The notes: generated by a model from the sequence alone, not told the origin. A stretch of 64,000 bases of DNA from Candidatus Sulfomarinibacteraceae bacterium (GCA_963796455.1 CAWCLO010000003.1:1-64000), one strand, 5' to 3'; counted from the stretch's first letter, positions 20,970-31,434 are shown. A program made the numbers and translations.

Positions 20970-22007
20970 ATGTTCCTTCTTGCACTCTACGTGGTACTTG
21001 CCATTGGCGTATCGTTTCTGTGTTCGATCATGGAGGCAGTGCTACTGAGCGTCACACCGGCCTACATCGCCACCATGGAGCAACGCAACAGACCTGCAGC
21101 AAGCCGGTTACGCAGGTTCAAAGAGAACATCGACGAGCCATTGGCCGCAATTCTTTCGCTCAACACCATCGCCCACACGGTGGGTGCGGTGGGCGCTGGA
21201 GCGCAGGCGGCGCGAGTCTTCGGTGATGCGTGGGTTGGTCTTTTCTCCGCGGTCCTCACTCTCGCGATTCTGTTTTTGAGCGAGATCATCCCCAAAACCA
21301 TCGGAGCGGTGTACTGGAAACAGCTCACTCCGAGCATGACATTCACGCTTGAATGGATGATGGTGCCGCTCAAGCCGCTGGTGTGGTTGAGCGGGCTCGC
21401 CAGCCGTTCGATCTCCTCCGCACACGAACCGTTCCACGTGAGCCGCGACGAGATCAGCGCGCTGGCCGACCTCGGCGCCCGAGCTGGTGTCCTCGACGAG
21501 GGTGAGTCGCGGATCGTCAAGGCTCTGCTCCGTTTCCGCTCGTTGTGCGCTAGCGACATTATGACGCCGCGCACTGTGGTCTTCGCACTGCCGGCCGATC
21601 AAACCACCGGGCGGGCGGTCAGCGAACACGAACGAATTCCGTTCTCGCGCGTGCCGATCCACGAGGGCTCGATCGACGCCACGGTGGGATTCGTGCTCAA
21701 GGACGAAGTGCTCGAACGGGTCGCCCGTGGAGATACCGACCTTTTCCTTCGCGATTTACGGCGCGATATTCAGGTTGTACCGGCGACCGCCAGGTTGCCG
21801 CAGCTCTTCGACAAGTTTCTTTCGACACGCGAGTTCATCGCGGCGGTTATCGATGAATACGGGGGCCTTGCCGGCATTGTGACTCTGGAAGACCTCGTCG
21901 AGACTGTGCTTGACCTCGAGATCGTGGATGAGATCGACAGTGTGGAGGACCTTCGCGCCGCCGCGCGAAAGGACTGGGAGAGGCGTACCCGCGGGCTCCT
22001 TGGGTGA
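20970..22007 (+). CDS. CNNM/CorB family (DUF21 + CBS) protein
   Basis: CSIMEAVLLS, EIIPKT, IMTPR, FSRVPI and DEYGG motifs. Confidence 0.93.
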   Translation: MFLLALYVVLAIGVSFLCSIMEAVLLSVTPAYIATMEQRNRPAASRLRRFKENIDEPLAAILSLNTIAHTVGAVGAGAQAARVFGDAWVGLFSAVLTLAILFLSEIIPKTIGAVYWKQLTPSMTFTLEWMMVPLKPLVWLSGLASRSISSAHEPFHVSRDEISALADLGARAGVLDEGESRIVKALLRFRSLCASDIMTPRTVVFALPADQTTGRAVSEHERIPFSRVPIHEGSIDATVGFVLKDEVLERVARGDTDLFLRDLRRDIQVVPATARLPQLFDKFLSTREFIAAVIDEYGGLAGIVTLEDLVETVLDLEIVDEIDSVEDLRAAARKDWERRTRGLLG

Positions 22008-22101
22008 TACTCATGGTAGGTGCCATTGGGATTGTCTAAGCACCAGGGCTGAGGAGAAAGGGAGAACCATCGCATGTCGATCAACGTGATAAGGGTCGAG
22101 T

Positions 22102-22210
22102 CTCCTCTGCTCCTCTGCTCCTCTGCTCCTCTGCTCCTCTGCTCCTCTGCTCCTCTGCTCCTCTGCTCCTCTGCTCCTCTGCTCCTCTGCTCCTCTGCTC
22201 CTCTGCTCCT
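22102..22210 (-). repeat. Perfect octamer tandem array (AGGAGCAG) x~13.6 starting in the hypD stop codon
   Basis: (CTCCTCTG)n on the plus strand abuts TTA at 22210-22212. Confidence 0.98.
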
Positions 22211-24567
22211 TAAAATCCCTCATGCTCCGTGCGTTCGATGATCTCGTCCTGGAGTTCGCGGGAGATGTCGCAGAAATAATCGGAATAGCCGGCCACCCTG
22301 ACGATGAGATCTCGGTGATTGGCGGGGTCCGCCTGGGCCTTGCGCAGGGTCTCGGCGTTGACCACGTTGAACTGGACGTGGTGGCTGTCCATCCCGAAAT
22401 AGCCGCGCACCAGCGAAGCCATCATCTTGATCCCCGTCTCGCCCTCGAGGAGCTGCGGTGAGAACTTCATATTGAGCAGGGTCCCGCCGGTGCGCAGATG
22501 ATCCATCTTGGCCGCCGATTTGAGCACCGCGGTGGGTCCCTGGCGGTCCGCTCCCTGGACCGGAGAGATGCCTTCGGAAAGCGGCTGCCCGGCCCGGCGG
22601 CCGTCGGGAAGCGCTCCGATGACCGACCCGAAATAGACGTGGCACGTCGTCGGCAGCATGTCGATGTGGTACGACCCGCCACGGGAATTCGGCAGCCCGT
22701 CCACCGCCTCGAAGAAGGTCTCGAAACAGCGCACCATGAGATCGTCGGCGCGGTCATCGTCGTTGCCGTATCGGGGGGTCTTGTTGACGAGTTTCTGGCG
22801 CAGAATTTCGTCGCTCTCGAAATCCCTGTCGAGTGCCGTCCTGAGCTCCTCCATTGAGAGAGACCCGTCGAAAACATGGTGCGCAATGGCCGAGAAACTG
22901 TCTGTGAGACTACCGATGCCGACACCCTGGATATAGGAGGTGTTGTAGCGCGCGCCGCCGGCGTTGTAATCGCGGCCCGTCGCAATGCAGTCGTCGATGA
23001 TCAAGGAGAGGAAGGGCGCCGGCGCCCACTCGGCGTAAAGCTTTTCGATGATCTGATTGCCCCCGTGTTTGATGGCGACAAAGTGCCGGACCTGTTGCTG
23101 CCAGGCCTCGAAGACCTGATCAAAACTCTCGAAGTCCTCGGCCCTTCCGGTCCTCGGGCCCAGCTGTTTGCCGCTCCTCGGGTCGACGCCATCGTGGAGG
23201 GCGAGTTCGAGCAGCTTGGGAAGATTGAAATACCCGGTGAGGATATACGCCTCTTTGCCGAAGGCACCGGCTTCAACACAACCCGATGTGCCCCCTTCCC
23301 GTGCGTCCTCGAGGGTCTTGCCCTGACGGAGGAGCTCGGAGACGACGGCGTCGGCGTTGAAAATCGACGGAAAACCATAACCCTTGCGAACCACCTCGAG
23401 GGCCGACTCGAGGAAGACCTCGGGTGTCGCGCTCGAGATCTGAACGTTGTTCGAAGGCTGCAGCAGGTGCATTTCGTCGATGACCTCGAGCAAAAGATAG
23501 GAGACTTCGTTGACGCCGTCCGATCCGTCGCGTGTGAGGCCCGCCAGGTTGATATTGGCAAAGTCGGTATAGGTGCCGCTTTCGGCCGCCGTCACTCCCA
23601 CTTTTGGCGGCGCCGGGTGGTTGTTGAATTTGACCCACAGACAGCCGACCAGTTCTTTCGCCTGCTCGGGTGTGAGGCTGCCGTCATCGAGGCCGCGCCG
23701 GTAGAAGGGGCCCAGATGTTGATCGAGGTGCCCCGGATTAAAGGCATCCCACCCGTTGAGCTCGGTGATGACGCCGAGGTGGTAGAACCAGTAGGTCTGG
23801 AGGGCCTCCCAGAAGGTCCGCGGCGGGTGGGCCGGGACCCGACGACAGACTTCGGCGATCTTTTCGAGCTCACCCCGGCGCCGGGGATCCATCTCCTGGC
23901 GCGCCATCTCCTCGGCACGGTCGGCGTGACGCGCGGCATAGAGAATCGCACCATCGGCGGCAATGGCCATCGCCTGCAACTGCTCTCGCTTTGCCGCAGC
24001 CTCCGGGTCCATGCTGAAATCCAGTTTCTCCATGACCTTGTCGATGTCGGCCTTGAAATCCACAAGACCCCGGGAGTAGATCTTGCCGTCGGCGACGGTA
24101 TGGCCCGGTGCACGCTGTTCCATGAACTCGGTGAAGACCCCCGCCGCGAATGCCTCCTGCCACTCCTCCGGAAGCTCGGCAAACATGCGCTCACGCAGCG
24201 TCCGATTGCGCCAATGCGGGATGACCTCGTGCTCGTAGGTGGCGATGTCATCCGCCGCCACCGCGTAGCTGGTCATCGCCCGGCTGTTCAGAATCTCCAG
24301 ATCCTCGACGCTGTGGCAACTGATCTCCGGGTAAGTGGGAGTCGCCTTTGGTTCGTGGCCGCGTTCGCCGACGATAAGCTCTTCCTCACCGATATAGACG
24401 GTCTTGTTGGCGCACAGATGAGCGAAGGCCCTGGCGCGGAGAACCGGCTGCGACCATTTGCCCACGTTGTCTCGATAAAACTCGGTCAGGAGCTTTGCTC
24501 GTTCGATGCAGATCGACGGTTCTGTTTCAAGGCTGCTTTGACGAAGGCGTTGCACGCGTTCGTTCAT
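22210..24567 (-). CDS. hypD: Glycyl radical enzyme, trans-4-hydroxy-L-proline dehydratase type
   Basis: MEQRAPGH, PAPPKVG...ESGTYTDF, GGTSGCVE (Cys loop) and RVAGYS (Gly loop). Confidence 0.88.
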   Translation of the reverse strand: MNERVQRLRQSSLETEPSICIERAKLLTEFYRDNVGKWSQPVLRARAFAHLCANKTVYIGEEELIVGERGHEPKATPTYPEISCHSVEDLEILNSRAMTSYAVAADDIATYEHEVIPHWRNRTLRERMFAELPEEWQEAFAAGVFTEFMEQRAPGHTVADGKIYSRGLVDFKADIDKVMEKLDFSMDPEAAAKREQLQAMAIAADGAILYAARHADRAEEMARQEMDPRRRGELEKIAEVCRRVPAHPPRTFWEALQTYWFYHLGVITELNGWDAFNPGHLDQHLGPFYRRGLDDGSLTPEQAKELVGCLWVKFNNHPAPPKVGVTAAESGTYTDFANINLAGLTRDGSDGVNEVSYLLLEVIDEMHLLQPSNNVQISSATPEVFLESALEVVRKGYGFPSIFNADAVVSELLRQGKTLEDAREGGTSGCVEAGAFGKEAYILTGYFNLPKLLELALHDGVDPRSGKQLGPRTGRAEDFESFDQVFEAWQQQVRHFVAIKHGGNQIIEKLYAEWAPAPFLSLIIDDCIATGRDYNAGGARYNTSYIQGVGIGSLTDSFSAIAHHVFDGSLSMEELRTALDRDFESDEILRQKLVNKTPRYGNDDDRADDLMVRCFETFFEAVDGLPNSRGGSYHIDMLPTTCHVYFGSVIGALPDGRRAGQPLSEGISPVQGADRQGPTAVLKSAAKMDHLRTGGTLLNMKFSPQLLEGETGIKMMASLVRGYFGMDSHHVQFNVVNAETLRKAQADPANHRDLIVRVAGYSDYFCDISRELQDEIIERTEHEGF

Positions 24568-25505
24568 GGTGATCCTCCCGCAGTGACGTCGAGGCCATGG
24601 CTTTGCAGACGACGGACGACCGCCTCGAGCGCCGTGGTGCTCGGTCTGTTGTATCTGGCGAATGAACCGGTCGCGCCGAGGCGATCGGTCTTGCCTTCTG
24701 CGATCGCATGGTACGGCAGCACGAAAACGCGGTGGCGACGAGGCAGTCCAGCGATGAAAGCGGCTGTCGCTCGGATGTTCTCGTTATCATCGTTGAAGCC
24801 CGGGATCAATGGGATCCTGATCCACACCTCGATCTCCGATCGACTGAGCTGACCGAGGTTTTCGAGAATCAGTCGGTTGTCGACACCGGTGTATTCTCGA
24901 TGCACGGCCGCATCCATGTGTTTGAGGTCAAAAAGCACGAGATCAGTCAGTTCGGCGATCTCAACCACGGTGTTTCTCGGAGCAAATCCGCAGGTGTCGA
25001 CCGCGGTGTGGAGACCACGCACACGACACTCCTGCAGTGCAGCCGCCAGGAAACCGGGCTGTGCCATCGGCTCACCGCCGGAAAAGGTCACGCCTCCACC
25101 GGACGCTTCGAAGAAGGGGCGATCCCGCTGCAAGATATCGGCAAGCTCGGGGACCTCAAAGTCCGCACCCGCCAGTTCCCGTGCTCCGGACGGGCAGGCC
25201 TCGACGCAGGACCCACACGAAGTGCATGCATTGCGGTCCCAAGGCACCCCGGCGGGAGCCGCACCCCGGCTTTGGATCGGGCATACCGCCCGGCACCCGT
25301 CGCAATTCAGACAGAGATCATCGCTGATCATCATGCCGGTTTCGGAATCGATGCCTTCCGGGTTGTGACACCAGGCGCAACGAAGCGGACAACCCTTGAG
25401 GAAGACCGTCGTCCGTATACCGGGGCCATCGTGAACCGAGCAGCGCTGGAGGTTGAATACCCTCCCCAGGATCGCCGGCGGGGCCGCGGAAACTGCAGAT
25501 TCCAT
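24564..25505 (-). CDS. Glycyl-radical activating enzyme (radical SAM with ferredoxin insert)
   Basis: HDGPGIRT, CPLRCAWCHNPE, two CxxCxxCxxxC motifs, SGGEP. Confidence 0.95.
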   Translation of the reverse strand: MESAVSAAPPAILGRVFNLQRCSVHDGPGIRTTVFLKGCPLRCAWCHNPEGIDSETGMMISDDLCLNCDGCRAVCPIQSRGAAPAGVPWDRNACTSCGSCVEACPSGARELAGADFEVPELADILQRDRPFFEASGGGVTFSGGEPMAQPGFLAAALQECRVRGLHTAVDTCGFAPRNTVVEIAELTDLVLFDLKHMDAAVHREYTGVDNRLILENLGQLSRSEIEVWIRIPLIPGFNDDNENIRATAAFIAGLPRRHRVFVLPYHAIAEGKTDRLGATGSFARYNRPSTTALEAVVRRLQSHGLDVTAGGSP

Positions 25506-25593
25506 CACTGCCATCATCGATGAAGATACGTCCAGATCAATACTTTTTCTTGTATGATTGCAAAGGAAGAACTCTAGAATCGGCACAATCAGA

Positions 25594-26328
25594 GTGGACA
25601 TTTCAAACCCCGATATCGCCGCTTTCGAGAATTCGGAGGTGGTCGAGCGTCTCTTCGACAACATCCCGGACGTTGTCTTCTTCATCAAAGACCAGCGCGG
25701 CCGGTACCGCCGGGTCAATCAGACCCTGGTGACCCGGTGCGGGCTCAGATCCAAAAACGATCTACTCGGCCGCACCGCCCGCGAGGTCTTTCCGCCCCCT
25801 CTCGGAGACCGGTTCTACGAACAGGATCAAGCCGTTCTCTCGTCGGGAGTCCCCATGAACCAGAACCTCGAGCTCCACCTCTACCCGACCCGCATCGAGG
25901 GCTGGTGCCTGACCAGCAAAGAACCGCTGATCGGACCGGACGAAACGATCAGCGGGATGGCCGGTATCTCGCGGGATCTGCAATCGCCGGGGCATGGATC
26001 GGAAGGCTTCTCCGAGCTCGCCGCAGCAGTCGATCACGCCCGCCAACACTCGGGTCGCGTGCTGCGGGTGGAAGAGCTGGCCGAGATCGCCGGTCTCTCG
26101 GTTTACCAACTCAATCGCCGCCTGCGGTCGATCTTCGGTCTGACGGCGAGCCAACTCATCACAAAAAATCGGATCGAAAGTGCTTCAGCCATGCTGCGCG
26201 GCAAATCCACCCCGATCGCAACAATCGCCCACGCCTGCGGCTACTATGATCAGAGCGCATTTTCCCGCGTTTTTAAGAGAACCGTCGGGCTGACACCGCA
26301 GCAGTATCGAATGCGCCACCACGGCTAA
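25594..26328 (+). CDS. PAS-domain AraC family regulator, divergent from the hypD operon
   Basis: VFFIKD...VNQTL PAS region; C-terminal IAHACGYYDQSAFSRVFKRTVGLTP. Confidence 0.9.
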   Translation: MDISNPDIAAFENSEVVERLFDNIPDVVFFIKDQRGRYRRVNQTLVTRCGLRSKNDLLGRTAREVFPPPLGDRFYEQDQAVLSSGVPMNQNLELHLYPTRIEGWCLTSKEPLIGPDETISGMAGISRDLQSPGHGSEGFSELAAAVDHARQHSGRVLRVEELAEIAGLSVYQLNRRLRSIFGLTASQLITKNRIESASAMLRGKSTPIATIAHACGYYDQSAFSRVFKRTVGLTPQQYRMRHHG

Positions 26329-26403
26329 GCCGCTCATGTCACCGGTGAATCCGCCGCGGGCCGTATAATGGATCCTACGACGACGTCCCCAGGAGAGAAC
26401 TGA

Positions 26404-27843
26404 ATGGCCAATCCGGAACATCTCAATCAGCTGCACGCCGGATCGTGGAACGAGTGGCGCGCCGCCAACCCGACCCTCGCCCCCGATCTGATCGACGCCC
26501 AGCTCTCCGGCATGGATCTCCGTGGACTCGACCTCAGAAAGGCTCATCTACGCGGCGCGGACCTGAGCAATACGCGGCTCGACGGCGCACATCTCAGCCG
26601 CGCGATTCTCGAAGGAGCCAAGCTGACCAACGCCTCGCTCACCGAGGCACAGCTCGATCACGTGCAACTCGACTTTCTGGATCTCTCCAACCTCAACCTG
26701 ACTGGCGCCACGCTGCACCGGGCAACGCTCCGCGGTGCAAACCTCACCCGGACGAACCTCCGCAACGGCGACCTCTCCCAGACCCAGATGGAGAGCGCCC
26801 TCTTTGACCAATCCGATCTTTCGGGCGCCAACCTGCAGGGCGCCTCCCTCCGGGGCGGACGCTTCGACGGCGCCATCCTGCGCGGGGTCCAGGGCGAATC
26901 CGCCATTCTCGACGGGGTGGAAATGACCAACCTCAGCATGGAGGGATCAAACTTCGCCAAGGCCCAGGCCGACAACGCCCAGCTCAAGGGATGCCGTATG
27001 CAGCGCGTCAATTTCAAAGGGGCCGCGTTACGCAACGCCAATTTCCACGGTGCCATCCTGAGCGAGGCCAACTTTGACGATGCCCAGTGCGAAGGCGCCA
27101 GCCTGAGCCACGCTGACCTCGAAAAAGCGAGCTTCATCAACACAAACCTCTCCGAAGCCGACCTCCGGAATTCGAGCATCATCGGCGCGATTCTCGACGG
27201 CTGCAACCTCATCGGCGCGCAGCTCGCCCAGCTCGATTTTCGATCACCGAGCCTCGGTCGCGTTTCTTTTGCCCACGCCAATCTCCGCAAGGCCATTTTT
27301 TCCCGTTGTGAGCTCCGAGCCACCAACTTTCGTGAAGCGAATCTCGAGCAAGCGGATCTCCGCCACGCGAACCTCGAAGGGTCCAACTTCGATCGCGCCA
27401 ACCTGATCGACGTCAACGCCCGCCACGCCAATTTCAAACAGGCAAAACTCGAGGACGTCATGGCCCAGGGCGCCGACCTGTCCGGAACCAATCTCATCCT
27501 GGTCCGGGCCAAGGGCTCGAAGATGATCGGCGCCGACTTCAGGTTTTCCGATGCGGTCGGAATCGATCTCGAAAAAGCGGACATCCGCTATTCCGATCTC
27601 CGCAACGCCGACTTCACCAAAGCCAACATCGCGAGCACCAAGCTCTGGGGCTGCAAGATCCGAAATACCAAATTGCCGTCCTCGGTCGGTCACCTCAAGC
27701 TACTGCTCAAGGTCAGTCAGGTCTTCCAGGTGGTTGGCAAGCGCGCCGACAAGATGAAACAGACCCGCGAACAAAAAAGGGTCCGCCAGGTTGCCGAATT
27801 GGTGCGGGAACGCGAGGCCGGCCGCAAACGGCGACCTCGTTGA
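26404..27843 (+). CDS. Long pentapeptide-repeat protein
   Basis: MANPEHL...WNEWR start followed by about 400 aa of A[D/N]L-type repeats; TATAAT and AGGAG upstream. Confidence 0.93.
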   Translation: MANPEHLNQLHAGSWNEWRAANPTLAPDLIDAQLSGMDLRGLDLRKAHLRGADLSNTRLDGAHLSRAILEGAKLTNASLTEAQLDHVQLDFLDLSNLNLTGATLHRATLRGANLTRTNLRNGDLSQTQMESALFDQSDLSGANLQGASLRGGRFDGAILRGVQGESAILDGVEMTNLSMEGSNFAKAQADNAQLKGCRMQRVNFKGAALRNANFHGAILSEANFDDAQCEGASLSHADLEKASFINTNLSEADLRNSSIIGAILDGCNLIGAQLAQLDFRSPSLGRVSFAHANLRKAIFSRCELRATNFREANLEQADLRHANLEGSNFDRANLIDVNARHANFKQAKLEDVMAQGADLSGTNLILVRAKGSKMIGADFRFSDAVGIDLEKADIRYSDLRNADFTKANIASTKLWGCKIRNTKLPSSVGHLKLLLKVSQVFQVVGKRADKMKQTREQKRVRQVAELVREREAGRKRRPR

Positions 27844-29444
27844 AGAAAACCATCTGGGCCGCAACAGCCATAGCGCTGCTGCTGGTCCCCCCCGCGGGCG
27901 CCGCGGGAAAAGAGGACGAACTCGAGGGTCTTCCCATCATTGCGATCCATATCGATCGCTACAACATCTTCGACACATCCAATCCGAAGACCTCGGCCTG
28001 GCCATACCGTTGGGCCAACGCCCTCCACGTGGTGAGCCGCGAGAAGTTCATTCGATCGATGTTGCTCTTCAAAGAGGGCGACTCCTACTCCGCCAGCAGG
28101 GCCGCCGAAAGCGGCCGCATCCTGCGCGGCCTCGGCATCATGAATCCGGTCGAGATCGAGGCGCGCAAGGTCGACGGCGGCGTCGAAATCGATGTCGAAA
28201 CCCACGACACGTGGACCCTCCAACTCGGTGGCAGCGCCGGTGTCACCGGCAAGCGAACCGAGTTCGGGCTGGAAATTCAGGAGGAAAACCTCTTCGGCTG
28301 GGGCAAAAAGGTGGCGGTGGCTTATGACTCCGACAACGAACGCAGCAAGGTTTCCTACCGCTATATCGATCCCAATATCTTTGGCACGAGGTGGCGGGTC
28401 AACCTGACCCACGCCGATCTCTCCGACGGGCGCCAGAATCTGGTCCGGATCGATCGCCCCTTCTACTCGCTGGCGACGCCCTGGACGTGGGGTGGGATCG
28501 CCAACGAAGAAGATTTGATCGACCACCTCTACTCCGAATCGGAAACCGTCGTCTCCGGCCGGCGCAACAGCGAACTGTTGCGGGTGTGGGGCGGGGCCCG
28601 GCTTCGCGGCAGCACGATCATCACACGCCGGCTGGTGTTTGGTTGGGAATACCGTCGCGACCTCTTCGAAGATTGGACCTTCGAGGACGACGGTTCTCCC
28701 TATCCGCCGCCGGAGGACCGGGTGATCGGCGGGCCGACCGTCTCCTACGAACAGATTGCCGACCGCTTCATCGTCGTCAAGGGTTTTCGCGCCTGGACCG
28801 TGCAGGAGGATGTGGCCCTCGGGCCCATTTTCTCCCTCGGCGCGGTGATCTCGACTCCGACCTTCGGTGGCGACCGAAATCGGGTCCCACTGACCGCCAC
28901 CGGCCACATCGGGCGGCTCCAGGGTCGGTGGCTGTATCTGGGCGATATCTGGCTCAGCGGAAGGCTCGAGGATGGCGGCGCCCAGAATGTCGTAGCCGGT
29001 TTTCAGATCGGCGTCGCCCAACTCGGCAACAGTGGTTTCCAGGCCAGGCTCCTGTTTGAGGACTCCATGCGTCTGGATCATGACCGGCAGCTGACCCTGG
29101 GCGCCGAAATCGGCCTTCGGGGCTGGGACCCCGACTATTTCGACGGCACCGGTCGCGCTCTCTTCAATCTCCAGTGGCGGACCCTGATCAAGGAGGAGGT
29201 TCTGGGTCTCTTTTCGGTCGGGGCGGTGATCTTCGGCGACGCCGGGATGACCTGGGAGTCGCGCGTCGGTCCCGATACCAAGGGCGTCCGACTCGACGCA
29301 GGGGTCGGGCTTATCTTCGATCTCCCGAATCTGAGCCGGACAAGTCTGCTGCGGCTCGATGTCGCGTGGCCGGATGACGGCTCAGGGCCCCTGTTCATTG
29401 TCAGCACGAAATCGATCTTCGGGCCCCGGCGGAATTACCGTTAG
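27840..29444 (+). CDS. Omp85/BamA-TamA-like outer membrane protein
   Basis: Signal peptide, POTRA-like segment, EENLFGWG and LRGW motif. Confidence 0.8.
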   Translation: MKKTIWAATAIALLLVPPAGAAGKEDELEGLPIIAIHIDRYNIFDTSNPKTSAWPYRWANALHVVSREKFIRSMLLFKEGDSYSASRAAESGRILRGLGIMNPVEIEARKVDGGVEIDVETHDTWTLQLGGSAGVTGKRTEFGLEIQEENLFGWGKKVAVAYDSDNERSKVSYRYIDPNIFGTRWRVNLTHADLSDGRQNLVRIDRPFYSLATPWTWGGIANEEDLIDHLYSESETVVSGRRNSELLRVWGGARLRGSTIITRRLVFGWEYRRDLFEDWTFEDDGSPYPPPEDRVIGGPTVSYEQIADRFIVVKGFRAWTVQEDVALGPIFSLGAVISTPTFGGDRNRVPLTATGHIGRLQGRWLYLGDIWLSGRLEDGGAQNVVAGFQIGVAQLGNSGFQARLLFEDSMRLDHDRQLTLGAEIGLRGWDPDYFDGTGRALFNLQWRTLIKEEVLGLFSVGAVIFGDAGMTWESRVGPDTKGVRLDAGVGLIFDLPNLSRTSLLRLDVAWPDDGSGPLFIVSTKSIFGPRRNYR

Positions 29445-29479
29445 CGGGCAGTTGCCCGCTCCCCCCCAGTCCCATCACA

Positions 29480-29510
29480 AACCGCAGATAACGCAGATCA
29501 GCGCAGATTC
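29480..29510 (+). repeat. Nonamer tract AACCGCAGAT-AACGCAGAT-CAGCGCAGAT (same family as 63555-63628)
   Basis: Three CGCAGAT cores; the same motif recurs at 63555. Confidence 0.75.
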
Positions 29511-29751
29511 CCGCACCCGCCGATTCAACGGCATCGATGAACCGGAGAATCTCCTCATTTGAAAAGCGAAGAAAACGCAAAGACATAAAGTCCACCAAGA
29601 CGACGCGAATTTTTCTCGAATTCGATTCGGAGGTTCCGTATTCAGGCTGCTGCAAAAACCTCCCAAACGAGCACGAGCCCGTCCCGATGTCATCTACGTG
29701 ATTCGGCGGGTTCTCGGTTCGTCGGCGCTGACGCCGTTCTACAATCAGGGG

Positions 29752-31299
29752 GTGTCTGAACGATTCCGTGTCGCAGTTCAGGTCGTTTTCGCGATGCTGT
29801 ACCTATTCACTGCACACACAGTATGTGCGGAGGATCAGGTAAAACCCGACCCGAAACGACCGATCGAAATTCGACTCACCATCGGCGATCGTGGGGATCT
29901 CGAGATTCTGACCCGTCTCGTGTCGATCGACGATGTGCGGGGGCACGAGGTATGGGCAGTCGCCACTGCGGAGCAGCTGGATCAGCTGCGTGAAGCGGGT
30001 TTTGCGTGGCGGGTTGTCGACACCCACGCAGCCACCAAGGCGCTCACAATGTGCCCTTCGGGTTGGCAGGACGACCCAAATCGCAGCTGGTCATGTTATC
30101 CGAGATGGGATCAATACGCCGCCATCATGGCGGACTTCGCGACGAAATATCCCCAGTTGTGCCGGTTGGTCGATCTTGGGCCGACCACCAATGAGGTCCG
30201 ACCCCACCGCATGTGGGCTGTGGTGATTTCGGACCATCCCGATGTCGATGAAGACGAGCCCGAGGTCCTGTTGACCTCCTCGATGCACGGCGACGAGACC
30301 ACCGGGTACATCCTGACCCTGCGCCTCATCGACTACCTGTTGTCGGGCTACGCTTCGGATGCGGGGATCACCGACCTGGTCGATTCGACCGAGATCTGGA
30401 TCAACCCGCTGGCCAACCCCGATGGAACCTATCGCGGCAGCGATGACTCGGTGAGTGGCGCCATCCGCTACTACACGACCTCTTCCGGCGGCAGCTCAGG
30501 CGTGGACCCCAACCGCAACTTCCCGGTCCCGGGCATCGGAAACGACCCCCGGACCTGCCCCTCCGGTTGCTGGCTCGAGACCCGGAACATGATCGCACTC
30601 GCCGAGGCCAAGACCTTCGTGCTCTCCGCCAACTTCCACGGTGGGGTCGAGGTCGTGAACTACCCGTGGGACACGTGGCAACGGCGCCACCCCGACGACG
30701 AGTGGTTTGAAAACCTTTCGCGAGACTGGGCCGACCTTGCACAGGTCGACAGTCCGGGTGGTTATCTCACCGATTTCGACAACGGCATCACCAACGGCTG
30801 GGATTGGTACCCCGTCGAGGACGGCCGCCAGGACTTCATGACCTTTTTTCACGGCGGCCGAGAAGTCACGATCGAACTCTCGGATACCAAGCTTCTCCCG
30901 TCAGAAGACCTCGACGATCACTGGCAGTGGAATCGGCGCGCGATGCTCGATTTCATCGGCCACGCCCACCAGGGCATCCGCGGGATCGTGACCGACCAGC
31001 ACGGGCGTCCGCTGGCGGCGGCCATCGAGGTCCTGGGCGTGGACACCGAGATCGACGGCTCATCGATCCGCACCGATCCGTCGGTCGGCGACTTTCACCG
31101 CCTTCTGCTCCCCGGTCTCTATGACCTCGAAGTCCGCGCAACCGGCTGTCTGCCGACGACAGTCTTCGGCATCGCGGTGGGTGATGGTGAGGCAACGCGC
31201 ACCGATGTTTCGCTGTGGTGCGACCTGGTTCGTCGCCCCTCTCGGCGGATCACTCCCTCCAGGAAATACACAGATCACCATCATAAATCTCGTTTTTGA
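29752..31299 (+). CDS. Secreted M14 zinc carboxypeptidase (N/E subfamily) with regulatory-like domain
   Basis: MHGDE, DPNRNF, SANFHGG and TIELS motifs; GIVTD...GDFHRLLLPG domain. Confidence 0.92.
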   Translation: MSERFRVAVQVVFAMLYLFTAHTVCAEDQVKPDPKRPIEIRLTIGDRGDLEILTRLVSIDDVRGHEVWAVATAEQLDQLREAGFAWRVVDTHAATKALTMCPSGWQDDPNRSWSCYPRWDQYAAIMADFATKYPQLCRLVDLGPTTNEVRPHRMWAVVISDHPDVDEDEPEVLLTSSMHGDETTGYILTLRLIDYLLSGYASDAGITDLVDSTEIWINPLANPDGTYRGSDDSVSGAIRYYTTSSGGSSGVDPNRNFPVPGIGNDPRTCPSGCWLETRNMIALAEAKTFVLSANFHGGVEVVNYPWDTWQRRHPDDEWFENLSRDWADLAQVDSPGGYLTDFDNGITNGWDWYPVEDGRQDFMTFFHGGREVTIELSDTKLLPSEDLDDHWQWNRRAMLDFIGHAHQGIRGIVTDQHGRPLAAAIEVLGVDTEIDGSSIRTDPSVGDFHRLLLPGLYDLEVRATGCLPTTVFGIAVGDGEATRTDVSLWCDLVRRPSRRITPSRKYTDHHHKSRF

Positions 31300-31434
31300 G
31301 AATACTTCTCGATATTGAGATTGTCATTGTATTGTCATATTCGGTATTGTATATTCTCACATGTGAACGATTCTTCATGTGTAGATGGAACGCGAATTAT
31401 TTGTTCACGGATTTTCTGGGAGGAGGATGATTCG

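Noticed and set aside
22011..22223. ORFs with repeated peptides (RGAEEQRS; also 36135-36539, 43642-43920, 43827-44099, 57720 extension)
   Set aside because: Translation products of DNA tandem arrays with non-triplet periods; no RBS or protein features.
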